Part shown: in pieces, positions 44,857-54,559 of the stretch
How the letters are laid out: the number at the start of each line of letters is the position of its first letter
How positions within the stretch are numbered: position 1 is the stretch's first letter
From: a virus
Lineage: Duplodnaviria > Caudoviricetes
Direction: 5' to 3' (one strand)
DNA length: 57,620 nucleotides
IMG/VR virus record: IMGVR_UViG_3300031951_000180
Location: 1 to 57,620 of that record
Position numbers and translations under genes: made by a program
Notes under the pieces: model-generated
What the model saw: the letters and a program-made list of their open reading frames with translations, nothing else
Databases searched by the model: none
Told to the model about the DNA's origin: nothing

Positions 44857-45264
44857 TCAAATCCTCAACCTGAATGACGCCGTGCCGCGGACTACGTCTC
44901 CCGTTTGCGCGATAATTGAAGACCCAGTGCAGGTCGCCGCCCCAGACACAGAAATCCGCCCGGTGACAGAAATAGAGCCGGACGTTCCGGCTGGCGGCGC
45001 GGTCTGCCCAATAAACTCAACGTCCACCGTCTTGGTGCGATCCTCGCCGCCGCCGCCTTGGCCGGTCGGGTCAGGGAACCAGAGCGGGATATACGGTTCG
45101 TAGAAATTGGGGTTCGACGCCAGCGTGGCAGCCGACACTCGCTGCCGTTGCAGCGAGCCGCCACTGCCGCCGCCACTGAACCCGTCGTTGACGGTGATGC
45201 TCGTCGCCGTATAGACGGCGCCGCCGAACGAGAAGTAGGTGCCTTGCGACGATACTCCAGCCAT
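44857..45264 (-). CDS. Tail tube-like protein, paralogue 2
   Basis: MAGVSSQGTYFSFGG...GDVVRGTASFR. Confidence 0.7.
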   Translation of the reverse strand: MAGVSSQGTYFSFGGAVYTATSITVNDGFSGGGSGGSLQRQRVSAATLASNPNFYEPYIPLWFPDPTGQGGGGEDRTKTVDVEFIGQTAPPAGTSGSISVTGRISVSGAATCTGSSIIAQTGDVVRGTASFRLRI

Positions 45265-45267
45265 CGC

Positions 45268-45603
45268 TTACGCGACGCGGAAGGTCGCACTCCCGCTGAT
45301 GAGGGCGCCGACGGAGCCGCCGATCGAGGCCGACGCGATGGTCGCAGAGCCGCTGAACGCCACCGGGCCTGAGATCGACAGGGTGCCTGAGGTGCCAGCC
45401 GTGAGCACGTTCGTCGAGATGTAGTCGCAGGTGACTTCGCGGTCGGTGGCGAAGCCGCCGACGAACTCCCGGCGGCCGTTTGGCGCGATGCCGAGGTGCG
45501 AGCCGTCGATGAGGTCTTGCGTGTCATTGACCTGAAACGAGGTGACGGTGAGATTGCTGCCACCGAACGAGAACGTCAGTCCCTGTGCTGAAACGCCGGC
45601 CAT
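45268..45603 (-). CDS. Tail tube-like protein, paralogue 1
   Basis: MAGVSAQGLTFSFGG...GALISGSATFR; AGGAGG RBS. Confidence 0.75.
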   Translation of the reverse strand: MAGVSAQGLTFSFGGSNLTVTSFQVNDTQDLIDGSHLGIAPNGRREFVGGFATDREVTCDYISTNVLTAGTSGTLSISGPVAFSGSATIASASIGGSVGALISGSATFRVA

Positions 45604-45630
45604 ATGTGTTGCGCCTCCTTGCGCCAGTTA

Positions 45631-46062
45631 CTAAGTGGCAGATTCCTGCCACCTAATCTGATACAGTTGCCTCACCTCGTAGGCCGGCGGCAGTTGCGCC
45701 CCAGCCACGGTCGGGTCGAGGAAGTCGTCGGTTTCCGACACCAACCTCATATCCTCAATAGTAGCATTTGCGAGTGTGCCGGTGTGGCCGTCGAGGGCCA
45801 GCCGCACCTCGTCGCCAAGCTCCCTGACTCCGTCATACGTCAGCGCCCACGACGAAATCTGGAGGCTAACCAGCGGCATGAACATCGGCCCCGACAGCGA
45901 CGACTCCCGCGTGATATTCGACCGCTTGTAAACGATGAACGGCAGGCTGGCGACGGGCTTCGCCGGCACGGCGATGGGGTAGACCTGAAAGCCCACCAGC
46001 CGCACGACGCCAGGCGTGGAGATGAGCTTCAGGTAGACGTGCTTTTCGGGTGAGATGAGCAT
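45631..46062 (-). CDS. Tail terminator (DUF3168/gp17-like)
   Basis: VYPIAVP...LPFIVY...VRLALDG. Confidence 0.8.
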   Translation of the reverse strand: MLISPEKHVYLKLISTPGVVRLVGFQVYPIAVPAKPVASLPFIVYKRSNITRESSLSGPMFMPLVSLQISSWALTYDGVRELGDEVRLALDGHTGTLANATIEDMRLVSETDDFLDPTVAGAQLPPAYEVRQLYQIRWQESAT

Positions 46063-46787
46063 CAGAGATTCGCCATCCGCCTGGAGATTGCGTTATTGAG
46101 TAAGGTCTGCACGACGTTTGCCGACTCGCGGATGGTGTTTTCCATCGGGTGTTGTGCTCGCATGGGGGCGATGGTGTCGCCTGGGCCGAGCGTGATCGGG
46201 CCGAAGTCGTGCGGGTAGCCGCTGCCACGCCGCGCCTGCCGCGTCGGCTCGTCCCTACTGCCCATGATGAAGTAATATCCGGCGCCGGAGCGAGCGAACT
46301 GCTCGTCGTTCATGGTCTGCGTACGCTTCATCCGGCCGTTGATCTGCTGGTGGACGTTGACGTAGGTGCGACGGCCCTGTGTGCCGGGCCTGCGGCGGCC
46401 CGTGCCGAACTCGACCAGCCAGGCGTGATTGCCGCTGCCTTCTTCTGGGTCAGAGCCGCGATTGCCCGACTGCGCCGGCCCCGTGACCGCGACGTAGATG
46501 CCGTTGCCGTAGTTCCTCGTCTTTGTTCTGACCGACTTCCGCAGGTTCCCGGTGACGTCGCGAACCTTGTTGATGTAGCCGACTCGGATAGGCTCCGAGG
46601 CGTTGCGGACGGCCCGAAGGAAGAAGGCCGACTGATCCTTGCCCAGCGCGTCGGCCGCCTTTTGCAGGCGGGCGGCGAATTCGTTGACTCCAGTAATTTG
46701 AACACGCGCGAAGGCGCTGGCCGTCTCGCGGCCGGTGAGGCCGCCGTCCAGAATCCTCGGCACGGTATTCGGCGTGACGATTGCCAT
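46062..46787 (-). CDS. HK97 gp10-like tail completion protein
   Basis: TGNLRKS, HAWLVEFGT. Confidence 0.8.
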   Translation of the reverse strand: MAIVTPNTVPRILDGGLTGRETASAFARVQITGVNEFAARLQKAADALGKDQSAFFLRAVRNASEPIRVGYINKVRDVTGNLRKSVRTKTRNYGNGIYVAVTGPAQSGNRGSDPEEGSGNHAWLVEFGTGRRRPGTQGRRTYVNVHQQINGRMKRTQTMNDEQFARSGAGYYFIMGSRDEPTRQARRGSGYPHDFGPITLGPGDTIAPMRAQHPMENTIRESANVVQTLLNNAISRRMANL

Positions 46788-47104
46788 TACTGCATCTCTC
46801 GCACGAGCATTTCCATCATTGTGCGGTGCTGCCGCTCAGTCACGCTGGCGATCTCAAGGGTTTTGCCTCGCCAGACGATCCGGTGCTGGACCGTCACCGA
46901 CGCGCGGTAGCGGATGATGACCTTGTGGGTGGCGACGACGTTGGCCTGCTGGGCCTGGAGGATGTCCCGGCTCGACAAGCCTTCGACGTAGGCCCAGACC
47001 GTGCCGGCACTCGCCCACGACAGCGTGACCTCGCCCATCGGACTCCGAATCTCCGTCGGAGCCTGGATCGTCACTCGCTCATTGAGCATCCCGGCTTTGA
47101 TCAC
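46787..47104 (-). CDS. Head closure protein (SPP1 gp16-like)
   Basis: AGMLNERVTIQ...VWAYVE...IRYR. Confidence 0.88.
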   Translation of the reverse strand: MIKAGMLNERVTIQAPTEIRSPMGEVTLSWASAGTVWAYVEGLSSRDILQAQQANVVATHKVIIRYRASVTVQHRIVWRGKTLEIASVTERQHRTMMEMLVREMQ

Positions 47105-47568
47105 GTTACGGTGCCCTCGCCGATGATGACGATCTCGTAAGTCGTGCCTGCCGTGGCAGTGATGAAGTGATTCACGGCCGCCCCGATATTGCTCGTCGCG
47201 CCAGTGTTGCTCGGATTTACGACCAAGAAGACGCCGCCGGGCACGACGCCGATCGAGTTGTTCAAGGAAGTGCTCAGTCCTAGCAAGTTCGTGGCGTGCG
47301 TGTTTCGCACATACAACGCTTTCACCGCCGTGAACGAAACCGTTACCGCCGCGCCGTCTCTGGTGTCAGGAAGCGACGAGAGCTGAATCGTGTCGTTGCC
47401 TGCGCACACGCGGACGGCGCTCCACACCACCTGGGCCTGGTTCGCCGCCGTGCCGTCGGTGAACAGCATGGCGTAGGTGGCCGGCGTGACCCGCATCGCC
47501 CGCGACAGATCGCCAGCGGCGGTTTCGTGGGCCACGATGGATACGGCGACTTGGGCATTCAGAGGCAT
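47101..47568 (-). CDS. Virion protein (paralogue of 47572..48060)
   Basis: VWSA.R...VKALYVRN...YEIVIIG. Confidence 0.7.
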   Translation of the reverse strand: MPLNAQVAVSIVAHETAAGDLSRAMRVTPATYAMLFTDGTAANQAQVVWSAVRVCAGNDTIQLSSLPDTRDGAAVTVSFTAVKALYVRNTHATNLLGLSTSLNNSIGVVPGGVFLVVNPSNTGATSNIGAAVNHFITATAGTTYEIVIIGEGTVT

Positions 47569-47571
47569 CGG

Positions 47572-48060
47572 TCAGTTTCCCATGACGTAGATTTCGTATT
47601 GCTCGCCCTGCACGCCGCCAATGCGGAGTATGCTGCCGCCCGAAGTCGTCGCGAAGCCGCTCGAGTTCGGGCAGGAAAGCAGGAAGGCGCCGCCCTCGCG
47701 GATCGGATAGCCCCTCAAAGTCAGCGAGCCGAGGTTGATCATCGGCGAGAAGTTCCAGCCCACGAAGTCCTGCACGAAGTTGCGGAAGTCGGTGCCGCTC
47801 CAGCCAGCCGTCATCGCGATAGCCGACGTTTTCGACAGATTCTTGATGCAGATGAGCTTGACGATCGCGATGCCGCTTGAGAGCAGGTCGATATCGTCGT
47901 GGCCGATGGCGCCGAACGTGCGGCGGTCGCTCCAGACCTTCGAGCAGTCGCCGACGTCGAACGAGAACGAGACGGGATGCTCAGTGGAGGCCCGCGTCAG
48001 CCCGACCTGCTCGGTGCGGGTGGCCGACACGTTCGCCTGCACCGTCGCCGTCAGGCTCAT
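47572..48060 (-). CDS. Virion protein (start MSLTATV)
   Basis: VWSDRR...VKLICIKN...YEIYVMG. Confidence 0.7.
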   Translation of the reverse strand: MSLTATVQANVSATRTEQVGLTRASTEHPVSFSFDVGDCSKVWSDRRTFGAIGHDDIDLLSSGIAIVKLICIKNLSKTSAIAMTAGWSGTDFRNFVQDFVGWNFSPMINLGSLTLRGYPIREGGAFLLSCPNSSGFATTSGGSILRIGGVQGEQYEIYVMGN

Positions 48061-48713
48061 CGGTAGCCCCCCCAGCCAGAAGCCGCCAGGAGCGTCTGGA
48101 ACGTCATCGGGATGTTCTGAATCTGGAGATTCGCAGGCGTTACCGGCTCCCGGTTGGCGTACCAATGGGCCACCAGAAGCAGAATCAGGTGCTTGAGCGT
48201 CGCCGGCACAGTCGATCCGCTCGAGCCGTAGCCAGCCGTCCAGCGGACGAGCACGCTGTTCTCGTCGCCCCGCACCGCCGGCCAGACGCCGTTGTAGAGC
48301 GGGTAGATTCGGCCGGGGGTGGCGTAGACGTCCACCTGAAAGGCGTTCGCGGCACTCGTGATCGTGTTCTCGGCCCCGCCTTCGTCGCGGTAGACGACCG
48401 TCACCGTCTGCGGCTGCATCGGAGGCCGCGGCAGCGTGATCTCCCAGAGCGGGAAGGCGTCATAGCGGGCCTCCCAGACGGTCGAAATCATCGACACGTC
48501 CAGAATGTCCTCGACGTAGACGCGAGCCGCCGTGATCAGCGTGGAGAGGTAGGCGTCGTCGTCGCTGACATCGACGCGGCAGTGGGCCTTCGCCTCGGCC
48601 AGCGTCACCGGCTCGACCGCCGGCTCGGTGTGACGCCGAAGGCTGCGATACGGCGTCAAGCCGACCGACGGCGACTGCGGGACGACGTAGACCAGACCGT
48701 TTCCGGTGATCAT
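48057..48713 (-). CDS. Head-tail connector (gp6/phiE125 gp8-like)
   Basis: EPVTLAEAKAHCRVD..DDD..L..LITAAR; LLLVAHWYANRE. Confidence 0.9.
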   Translation of the reverse strand: MITGNGLVYVVPQSPSVGLTPYRSLRRHTEPAVEPVTLAEAKAHCRVDVSDDDAYLSTLITAARVYVEDILDVSMISTVWEARYDAFPLWEITLPRPPMQPQTVTVVYRDEGGAENTITSAANAFQVDVYATPGRIYPLYNGVWPAVRGDENSVLVRWTAGYGSSGSTVPATLKHLILLLVAHWYANREPVTPANLQIQNIPMTFQTLLAASGWGGYR

Positions 48714-48907
48714 TTCGGCTGCCTCTTCCTAGGACGGGTATCAATCATGGCCCGCTCCGACCGCTGCTCGACGACGGCGGCTTCGACTCGCTCCTCCACC
48801 GGCGCGACGAGGCCGCGGCCGATGTAGAGGCGGGCGATGCCGTCGCCCCAGTCGAATTCCTGGCCTGCCTTGTAGCCGCCGAACGACCGCAAAACCTTGA
48901 TCTTCAT
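48710..48907 (-). CDS. Small head-associated protein (start MKIKVLR)
   Basis: Coupled; ARLYIGRGLV. Confidence 0.65.
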   Translation of the reverse strand: MKIKVLRSFGGYKAGQEFDWGDGIARLYIGRGLVAPVEERVEAAVVEQRSERAMIDTRPRKRQPK

Positions 48908-49629
48908 TCGACCACCCCCCACGCCTTGGCGTGCGGCTTCCGCTCGGCCCAGTAGTCCGTCGTGTGCTGCTGCACCTTGCCGTCCTCGGCCTCCCGCGAC
49001 GGCCAGGTGATCATCAATTCGGCGTGGCCGATGCTGATGTTCGTGGCGATGCCCAGCTTGTTGCCGGCCGCCTCGAACTTCCGCCACATATAGATGTCTT
49101 CGTCGGTGTGCCCGCCCGTCCACTCGCCCTGCTCATTGGCGACCGAGAGGAACCACGGCTTCTCCATCTTCTTGAGCGCCGCCGTCTTGATCGGCGTGCA
49201 GCCGAAGTGAGCCGTCGAGACGGGCTGGACGGGCTTAGAGAACCAGTCGTCGCCCACGGTCGTCTGCTCCTCCGGCGTCTTGCCGGCGAGAGCGAACATC
49301 ACCGCGTTCGCCTCGCGCTTGGTCTGGAGCGGGGCGATGGCGTCATAGCCGCTCCAGTAAAGCAGCGTGATCAGCGCCTCGACCGTCTTCGCCGTGAAGA
49401 TGCTGTCGTAGTCGATCGTCAGAATGACGTCATAGTCATTGATGACGGTTTCCATCGAACGCTGGACGCATTGACCCCAGAACGCACCGGAGTGCTTGAT
49501 GATGGGAATCTTGTGGGGCGTCAGCGCCTGCGAGACGCAGAAGAAATTGTCAGTGAAGCCGAGGCGAGGGGTGCTCATCAGAGCACAGACCTTCACCTCG
49601 GCTTCACAGTTACCGACACGCAGCATCAT
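48904..49629 (-). CDS. GT-A fold glycosyltransferase-like protein in the head module
   Basis: ILTIDYD (DxD), HFGC, KPWF, DEDIYMWRK, IGH. Confidence 0.75.
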   Translation of the reverse strand: MMLRVGNCEAEVKVCALMSTPRLGFTDNFFCVSQALTPHKIPIIKHSGAFWGQCVQRSMETVINDYDVILTIDYDSIFTAKTVEALITLLYWSGYDAIAPLQTKREANAVMFALAGKTPEEQTTVGDDWFSKPVQPVSTAHFGCTPIKTAALKKMEKPWFLSVANEQGEWTGGHTDEDIYMWRKFEAAGNKLGIATNISIGHAELMITWPSREAEDGKVQQHTTDYWAERKPHAKAWGVVE

Positions 49630-49707
49630 GGGGTTCGCTCCTTATGAGGAGCGGGCGCGCATCCTTGCGCCTTACCCGGCCATCATGGCCGTCCCGCTTG
49701 TACGGGA

Positions 49708-50154
49708 TCAGCCACGGACCCAGGCCAGCGAACCGGCCTGCGACGCATTCTCGGGCGACGTCTCAGCACGCGACAGCCGGCCAGTGATGGCGATGTTCGC
49801 CGAAGCGCCGGGGGTGTACGCCACGCGGAGGTAGCGCTTCCGGGCCTTCGTATCGACATCGAGCTTCACGACCGAGGTCGCCGCGGTGCCGGCCGCCGAG
49901 ATGGCCGGAACGGTGAAACCGCTCGCGGCACCCATGACGAGGCCGGTCACGTCGGAGTAGCCAGTGCTGGCGGCGTCGGACTCCTCGACCTTGAGGGCGT
50001 TCGCAAACACCGTCGAGGCATTCGAGGCCCGCATCACGGTGATGCTGGCATGGTCGTAGCCGAGCGTGTCGATGACGAGCGTCGAGGTCGCCGTCGCACC
50101 GACGGCAGCCGCCGAAAGGTCACCGATAACGCGGTCGTTCTGGGAATGGATCAT
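49708..50154 (-). CDS. Capsid decoration/cement protein
   Basis: IDTLGYD...EESD...KRYLRV; immediately after the MCP. Confidence 0.75.
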   Translation of the reverse strand: MIHSQNDRVIGDLSAAAVGATATSTLVIDTLGYDHASITVMRASNASTVFANALKVEESDAASTGYSDVTGLVMGAASGFTVPAISAAGTAATSVVKLDVDTKARKRYLRVAYTPGASANIAITGRLSRAETSPENASQAGSLAWVRG

Positions 50155-50174
50155 GCTTCAGGTGCTCCTTGTGA

Positions 50175-51518
50175 TCACGAGGCCGCCGACTTGAGGGCGA
50201 CCACCGGGCCGACCTCGCTCGTCGAGCCGAGAGAGTGATGGTTGATGTCGAACCGCATGGTTCCCTGGAGGAGAACCTGATCAGTCGTGGCGTAGACCTG
50301 ATCGAACAGCCGCACCGAGAAGTCCCGGCGACGAGCGTAGATCGAGGACAGGCCGAGGTTGCCGAACAGCACCTTCACCCGATTGGCGTCGGCGCCGAGG
50401 GTGCTGTTCATCACATGCACCATCCGCACCGGATAGCCGAGGAAGGTTTCGCCAGCCGCGGAACCAAGCTCGGCCACGCTGCCACCAGCGGCGTACTTCA
50501 GACGAGCGATGCTCGCTGCGTAGCCGGCGGGGCTGACGTACCAGGCCGCACCGCTGCGGGCGTACATCGGCAGCTTGCCCATCGCACCGAGGAAGTCCTC
50601 GATGTCGAGAGTCTCAAAGCCGGTGTTGCCGGGGGCCGCGGAGTGAACCGAAGCCGTGTGGCTGCCGTTGTCGATCTTCGACACGATGCCGCGGATGCCC
50701 CCCACGCTCCCGCTTCCGTCACCAAGCCAGCCACACAGGTCTACCGTGTAGGCCAGGCTGGTCGAGAACTCCTGGGCACAGGCATCTGCCAGCGAAATCA
50801 GGGCGTCTTCGACGACCTCGCTCGACATCCGGCAGGCCACGGCGAGCTTCTTAGCCGTCAGGCTCACGTTGCCGTAGGTCGGCTCGCTCTCGGTGATGGC
50901 CGAGCCTTCGCCGATGAAGTAGGCCGACGTGCCGGTGAGCCGCTTCGGGATCACCATCGTGTCGCGGGTCATCGTCACCGTCTCGACACCGCTGGCAGCG
51001 AACGTGCCATAGGTTTCGACGAGACGAATCACGCGATTGGCGAACTCCTCGGGTACGAGGGCACCGCCGGAGGCGTTGCTGCCCTCGCTGAGAGCGCGGG
51101 CCTCGACGCCGTGATCACGGCACCACCGGAGATCGTCCGAGTTCTTGAACACGTTGCCGCGAATCCAGCGGCCCATCTTGTATGCCTGCTCGACGGCCTC
51201 GGGGCCGTCGTTGAAGGCGCGGAGGGTCGTGTGATGCGGGTAGATCGCCCGAATCTCGGTCTTCCGCTCCTCCGCAGCAGGAGCCGCGGCGGGGGCCGGC
51301 GCCGGGGCGGCCTTCTCGACCACCGCACGGAGTTCAGCCTCCTTCGCAGCGAGCTTGCCCTCGAACTCCAGATCGGACTTGACCTTGTCGGCCTCGTCGG
51401 AGAGCTTCCGCAGCTCGGCGGTCTGATCCTCCGACCGCTCGGCCACATCGGCCAGTTCGTTCATCCGAGCGGCCAGAGCCGCAGCACGATCCTGAAGACG
51501 CTTGAGGTTGCTCGCCAT
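50175..51518 (-). CDS. Major capsid protein, HK97 fold with delta domain (start MASNLKR)
   Basis: Coiled-coil N-terminus, GGALVPEEF, LGYPV, LFGNL; AGGAG RBS. Confidence 0.93.
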   Translation of the reverse strand: MASNLKRLQDRAAALAARMNELADVAERSEDQTAELRKLSDEADKVKSDLEFEGKLAAKEAELRAVVEKAAPAPAPAAAPAAEERKTEIRAIYPHHTTLRAFNDGPEAVEQAYKMGRWIRGNVFKNSDDLRWCRDHGVEARALSEGSNASGGALVPEEFANRVIRLVETYGTFAASGVETVTMTRDTMVIPKRLTGTSAYFIGEGSAITESEPTYGNVSLTAKKLAVACRMSSEVVEDALISLADACAQEFSTSLAYTVDLCGWLGDGSGSVGGIRGIVSKIDNGSHTASVHSAAPGNTGFETLDIEDFLGAMGKLPMYARSGAAWYVSPAGYAASIARLKYAAGGSVAELGSAAGETFLGYPVRMVHVMNSTLGADANRVKVLFGNLGLSSIYARRRDFSVRLFDQVYATTDQVLLQGTMRFDINHHSLGSTSEVGPVVALKSAAS

Positions 51519-51674
51519 GTTCGGCCTGCTCCTAACTGAGCCGGCCAGGCGGGCATGACAGATGCGCGACGGCCGGCGGGTGATTGCTTCCCGCAAGCGC
51601 GCCGCGCCTTGAATCCTCAAGGCACTCGCACTGCTCTCGCGACATCCATCGCGAGCGTTGTATCTACTTGTAGG

Positions 51675-53000
51675 TTATCGTGCGTGACGCACGCCGTGCA
51701 ACGGAGTCGAAAGGATCGCCGCCTTCAGCGCCGCCGCCTTCCCGATGTAGTCGGTGGTATCGACGACCACTTCGGCTGCACGAGCCGACTCGGCCTCAAG
51801 CTGCTTGACCTTCCTCGCCGCCCAGTTCTTCGCCGGTGTGCCGCCCCACAAGAGCCACGCCACGAAACCCGGCTTCTCTTCGCCCGGCGTATCCCAGCCA
51901 GGCGACTTGCTCGCCGACTCGTGCCGCGAGAACCACGCATTCATCTCGCGCACCCAATCGTTGTTCATCTCCTCGCGGCGGGCGAGGCGGTTCGCGCGGG
52001 CCACCGTCTCCGGCTTCAGCCCGTCGCCGCTCTTGCCTTCTTCGTGGAGCCGGAGGCCACGCTTTGCCGCCGCCGCCATGCCGGCCGTCGGCTTCAGGCT
52101 CACGGCGCGTTCGTCGTCTTCTTCGACTTCGGAGACATCGGCGTGGGCCGACAGCTCCGACATCCGCTTGGCGACGAAGTAGTCACTCTCCTCCCACATT
52201 CCGTCATCCGACTCCCAGAGGCGGATCAGGACGGCCGGATCGTCAGGCGTCGCCTCCATCGGCTCCTCGGAATACTCGCCCAACTGCCCCTCGGCCATGA
52301 CGTGCTCGACGCGGCCGACGCCGCCGTCCCACGCCACGAAGTCGCCGGGGGCGTGCATCACAGCCGCGGCCCGCGTCTCACCCGCGGCTTCCACCGCTGC
52401 GTTTTCGCCGGTTTCGGGCTGCGGAACAGCCCCCGCAGAATCTTCGACCACAGGGATATCCGCTCGCTGCTCATTCGCCATCTCCAGGGCACGCTTGCTG
52501 ACGTAGGTTTCGGTTGCCAAATAGGCCGGGGTGTCCACGGGGCCGGCGTCGCCGAGGAACGAAAACCGCTTGATGCGGCGGATCATCCGGCCGTTCACGT
52601 CCCGCGTCCACGACTCGTCCTTCGGATTCGAGCGGAAGGCGAAGCTCGATCCGCGGACATCGCCTCTCTGGATCAGCTCAACCACGTCGGCCGCCGACCG
52701 GGGCGGGTCGATCTCGTACCGCAGGCCACGCTCGTCCACCGCCAGCCGCATGGTGCCGCTGGTGGTGCGGCCGATCACCCGCTCATGGTTGTATTTGCCG
52801 AAGACGTCGGGGTTCGACCGCATGACATCGTCGAACGCGCCGCGTTCCACGATCTCGACGAAGCCTCCCAAGTCCTGGGATTCCGATTCAAAGACGGCGG
52901 CGTAGCCCCGAATGACCGTGCGGCCATTCTGGTCTTCCTTGACTTCCAGCCCCGGCACCTCGCCGATCAGGCGTCGCTCAAGTTCGCTCGATCCGTCCAT
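51675..53000 (-). CDS. HK97-type prohead protease with extra C-terminal domains (start MDGSSEL)
   Basis: IRGYAAVF, GAFD, YNH, RGDVRGSSFAF, VDTPAY. Confidence 0.9.
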   Translation of the reverse strand: MDGSSELERRLIGEVPGLEVKEDQNGRTVIRGYAAVFESESQDLGGFVEIVERGAFDDVMRSNPDVFGKYNHERVIGRTTSGTMRLAVDERGLRYEIDPPRSAADVVELIQRGDVRGSSFAFRSNPKDESWTRDVNGRMIRRIKRFSFLGDAGPVDTPAYLATETYVSKRALEMANEQRADIPVVEDSAGAVPQPETGENAAVEAAGETRAAAVMHAPGDFVAWDGGVGRVEHVMAEGQLGEYSEEPMEATPDDPAVLIRLWESDDGMWEESDYFVAKRMSELSAHADVSEVEEDDERAVSLKPTAGMAAAAKRGLRLHEEGKSGDGLKPETVARANRLARREEMNNDWVREMNAWFSRHESASKSPGWDTPGEEKPGFVAWLLWGGTPAKNWAARKVKQLEAESARAAEVVVDTTDYIGKAAALKAAILSTPLHGVRHAR

Positions 53001-54559
53001 GATCCAGTGACCTCCTCGTAAGACTTGCCACTGCGGTGGCAATCAAGAAGCAAATCCCGCGACTTCTCCATCCAGCCGGATACGAATCCGTCGATATCGC
53101 GGCCAGTAGCCTCTGCGGCGTCGCACAACTCCGTTCGCATCCGCTGCTCGTGCGTCTCGAGCCAGGCCGCCAACTTGGCCGGCTTGTTGCGTCGCTCCAG
53201 AATCCCGTCGGCTTCGATGGCGGCGAGTCGCCGAAGCGTCGAAGTGAAGACGACTTCGGCGGCTCGTGACTCGCCGGCAGCGGCAGGGTCGGTCGGCACC
53301 GGAGCCTCGGGGGCCGGCTCGGCCGCAGGCTGCTCCGACACCTTCGTCGGCGCCGCCGTCGGGTTCCCCGGCGTGTAGTTCTCAAGCAGTTGCATATTGA
53401 CCTGCACGAACCGCTTGTCGCCGCCTTCGACGGGGTTGTAGCCCAGTTGCTGACGCACCTCGTTGGTGCTGAAGACGCCGAGGTTCCACATCTCCCGCAG
53501 GAAACTGGCCCTCGCGGCGAAGTCGCCGACGAGTAGCGCAGAGACGTCGAACTGGGCGAAATACCGCTTGTCATCGACGACCAAGTCGCGGCGGCAGGCG
53601 GCCTCGAGTCGGCGCAAATCCGGCACCAGCGTGAACGTGACGAAGTCGATGGCCTGCTGCTCGACCGACGAATACGAAGACTTCGACAAGTCGCCGATCA
53701 TGTAGGCCGGCACCCGAAAGGCGCGGGCCACCTCCTCGATCTGATGGCGTCGCGTTTCCAGAAGACGATTCGTGTCATTATTGACGGTCATCTCCTTGAG
53801 ATGAGCGCCGTGGGGGAGGACGGCCGTTTTATGGGAGTTCTCTGGGCCGCGGTGCATATCCTCCCATTGCTGCCGGAGTCGCTGGAGCGTCTCGGGCTTC
53901 ATGGGCTGATCGGTTTCAATGACCGTGCCGGCACGCGCGCCGTTGCCGAAGAACGCACCGGAGTGCAGTTCGGCGGCTCTCGCCAGGGCGATCGCGTCCC
54001 GCATCAAGACCGTCGGGATGTAGCAGTTCACGCCGTCGGGCGAGAGGCCGCGATAGGCGAAGACCTGATCCTGCCGGTAATACGTCGGCGTCGGGCTGTT
54101 CGGCTCAGAGTAGGCGTACCGCAGCCGGCCGTTCTTCAGCCGCTCGGGCTTCATCCGCGACGGGTGCAGCGGGATCAACTGATCCACGGCACCTCGCCGG
54201 CCCGGCTTGATCCAGGCGTAGCCGACGCCCCAGAGCATCCGCCACGACTGCATCAGCTCCTTGAACTCAAACGCCGTCATCCAGTCGTTCGGCTCGTGGG
54301 CGAGAACGTCATAGAGCGGGTGCTCCTCGGCAATCCGCTTGCCGTCGCTCGTCCGCTCGTAGAGCTGGAGGGGCAGGCTGGCGACGGATTCGCTGACGAC
54401 CTTGACGGCCGCCAGGATCGCACTGCACTGAAGACTCGCCTCTGGCGTGACGTAGACGCCCGCGGTCGTCTTCTTCTGCTCGATCATCTCCTCGAACACG
54501 CGGGAGATGCCGCTGCGCATTTCGACGATATCTTCGACTGCTTGCGTTTCTTCTGGCAT
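52967..54559 (-). CDS. Portal protein, HK97 family (start MPEETQA)
   Basis: SVASLPL, PNDWMT, FFGNGA, EVARAFRVP, NEVR. Confidence 0.95.
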   Translation of the reverse strand: MPEETQAVEDIVEMRSGISRVFEEMIEQKKTTAGVYVTPEASLQCSAILAAVKVVSESVASLPLQLYERTSDGKRIAEEHPLYDVLAHEPNDWMTAFEFKELMQSWRMLWGVGYAWIKPGRRGAVDQLIPLHPSRMKPERLKNGRLRYAYSEPNSPTPTYYRQDQVFAYRGLSPDGVNCYIPTVLMRDAIALARAAELHSGAFFGNGARAGTVIETDQPMKPETLQRLRQQWEDMHRGPENSHKTAVLPHGAHLKEMTVNNDTNRLLETRRHQIEEVARAFRVPAYMIGDLSKSSYSSVEQQAIDFVTFTLVPDLRRLEAACRRDLVVDDKRYFAQFDVSALLVGDFAARASFLREMWNLGVFSTNEVRQQLGYNPVEGGDKRFVQVNMQLLENYTPGNPTAAPTKVSEQPAAEPAPEAPVPTDPAAAGESRAAEVVFTSTLRRLAAIEADGILERRNKPAKLAAWLETHEQRMRTELCDAAEATGRDIDGFVSGWMEKSRDLLLDCHRSGKSYEEVTGSWTDRANLSDA

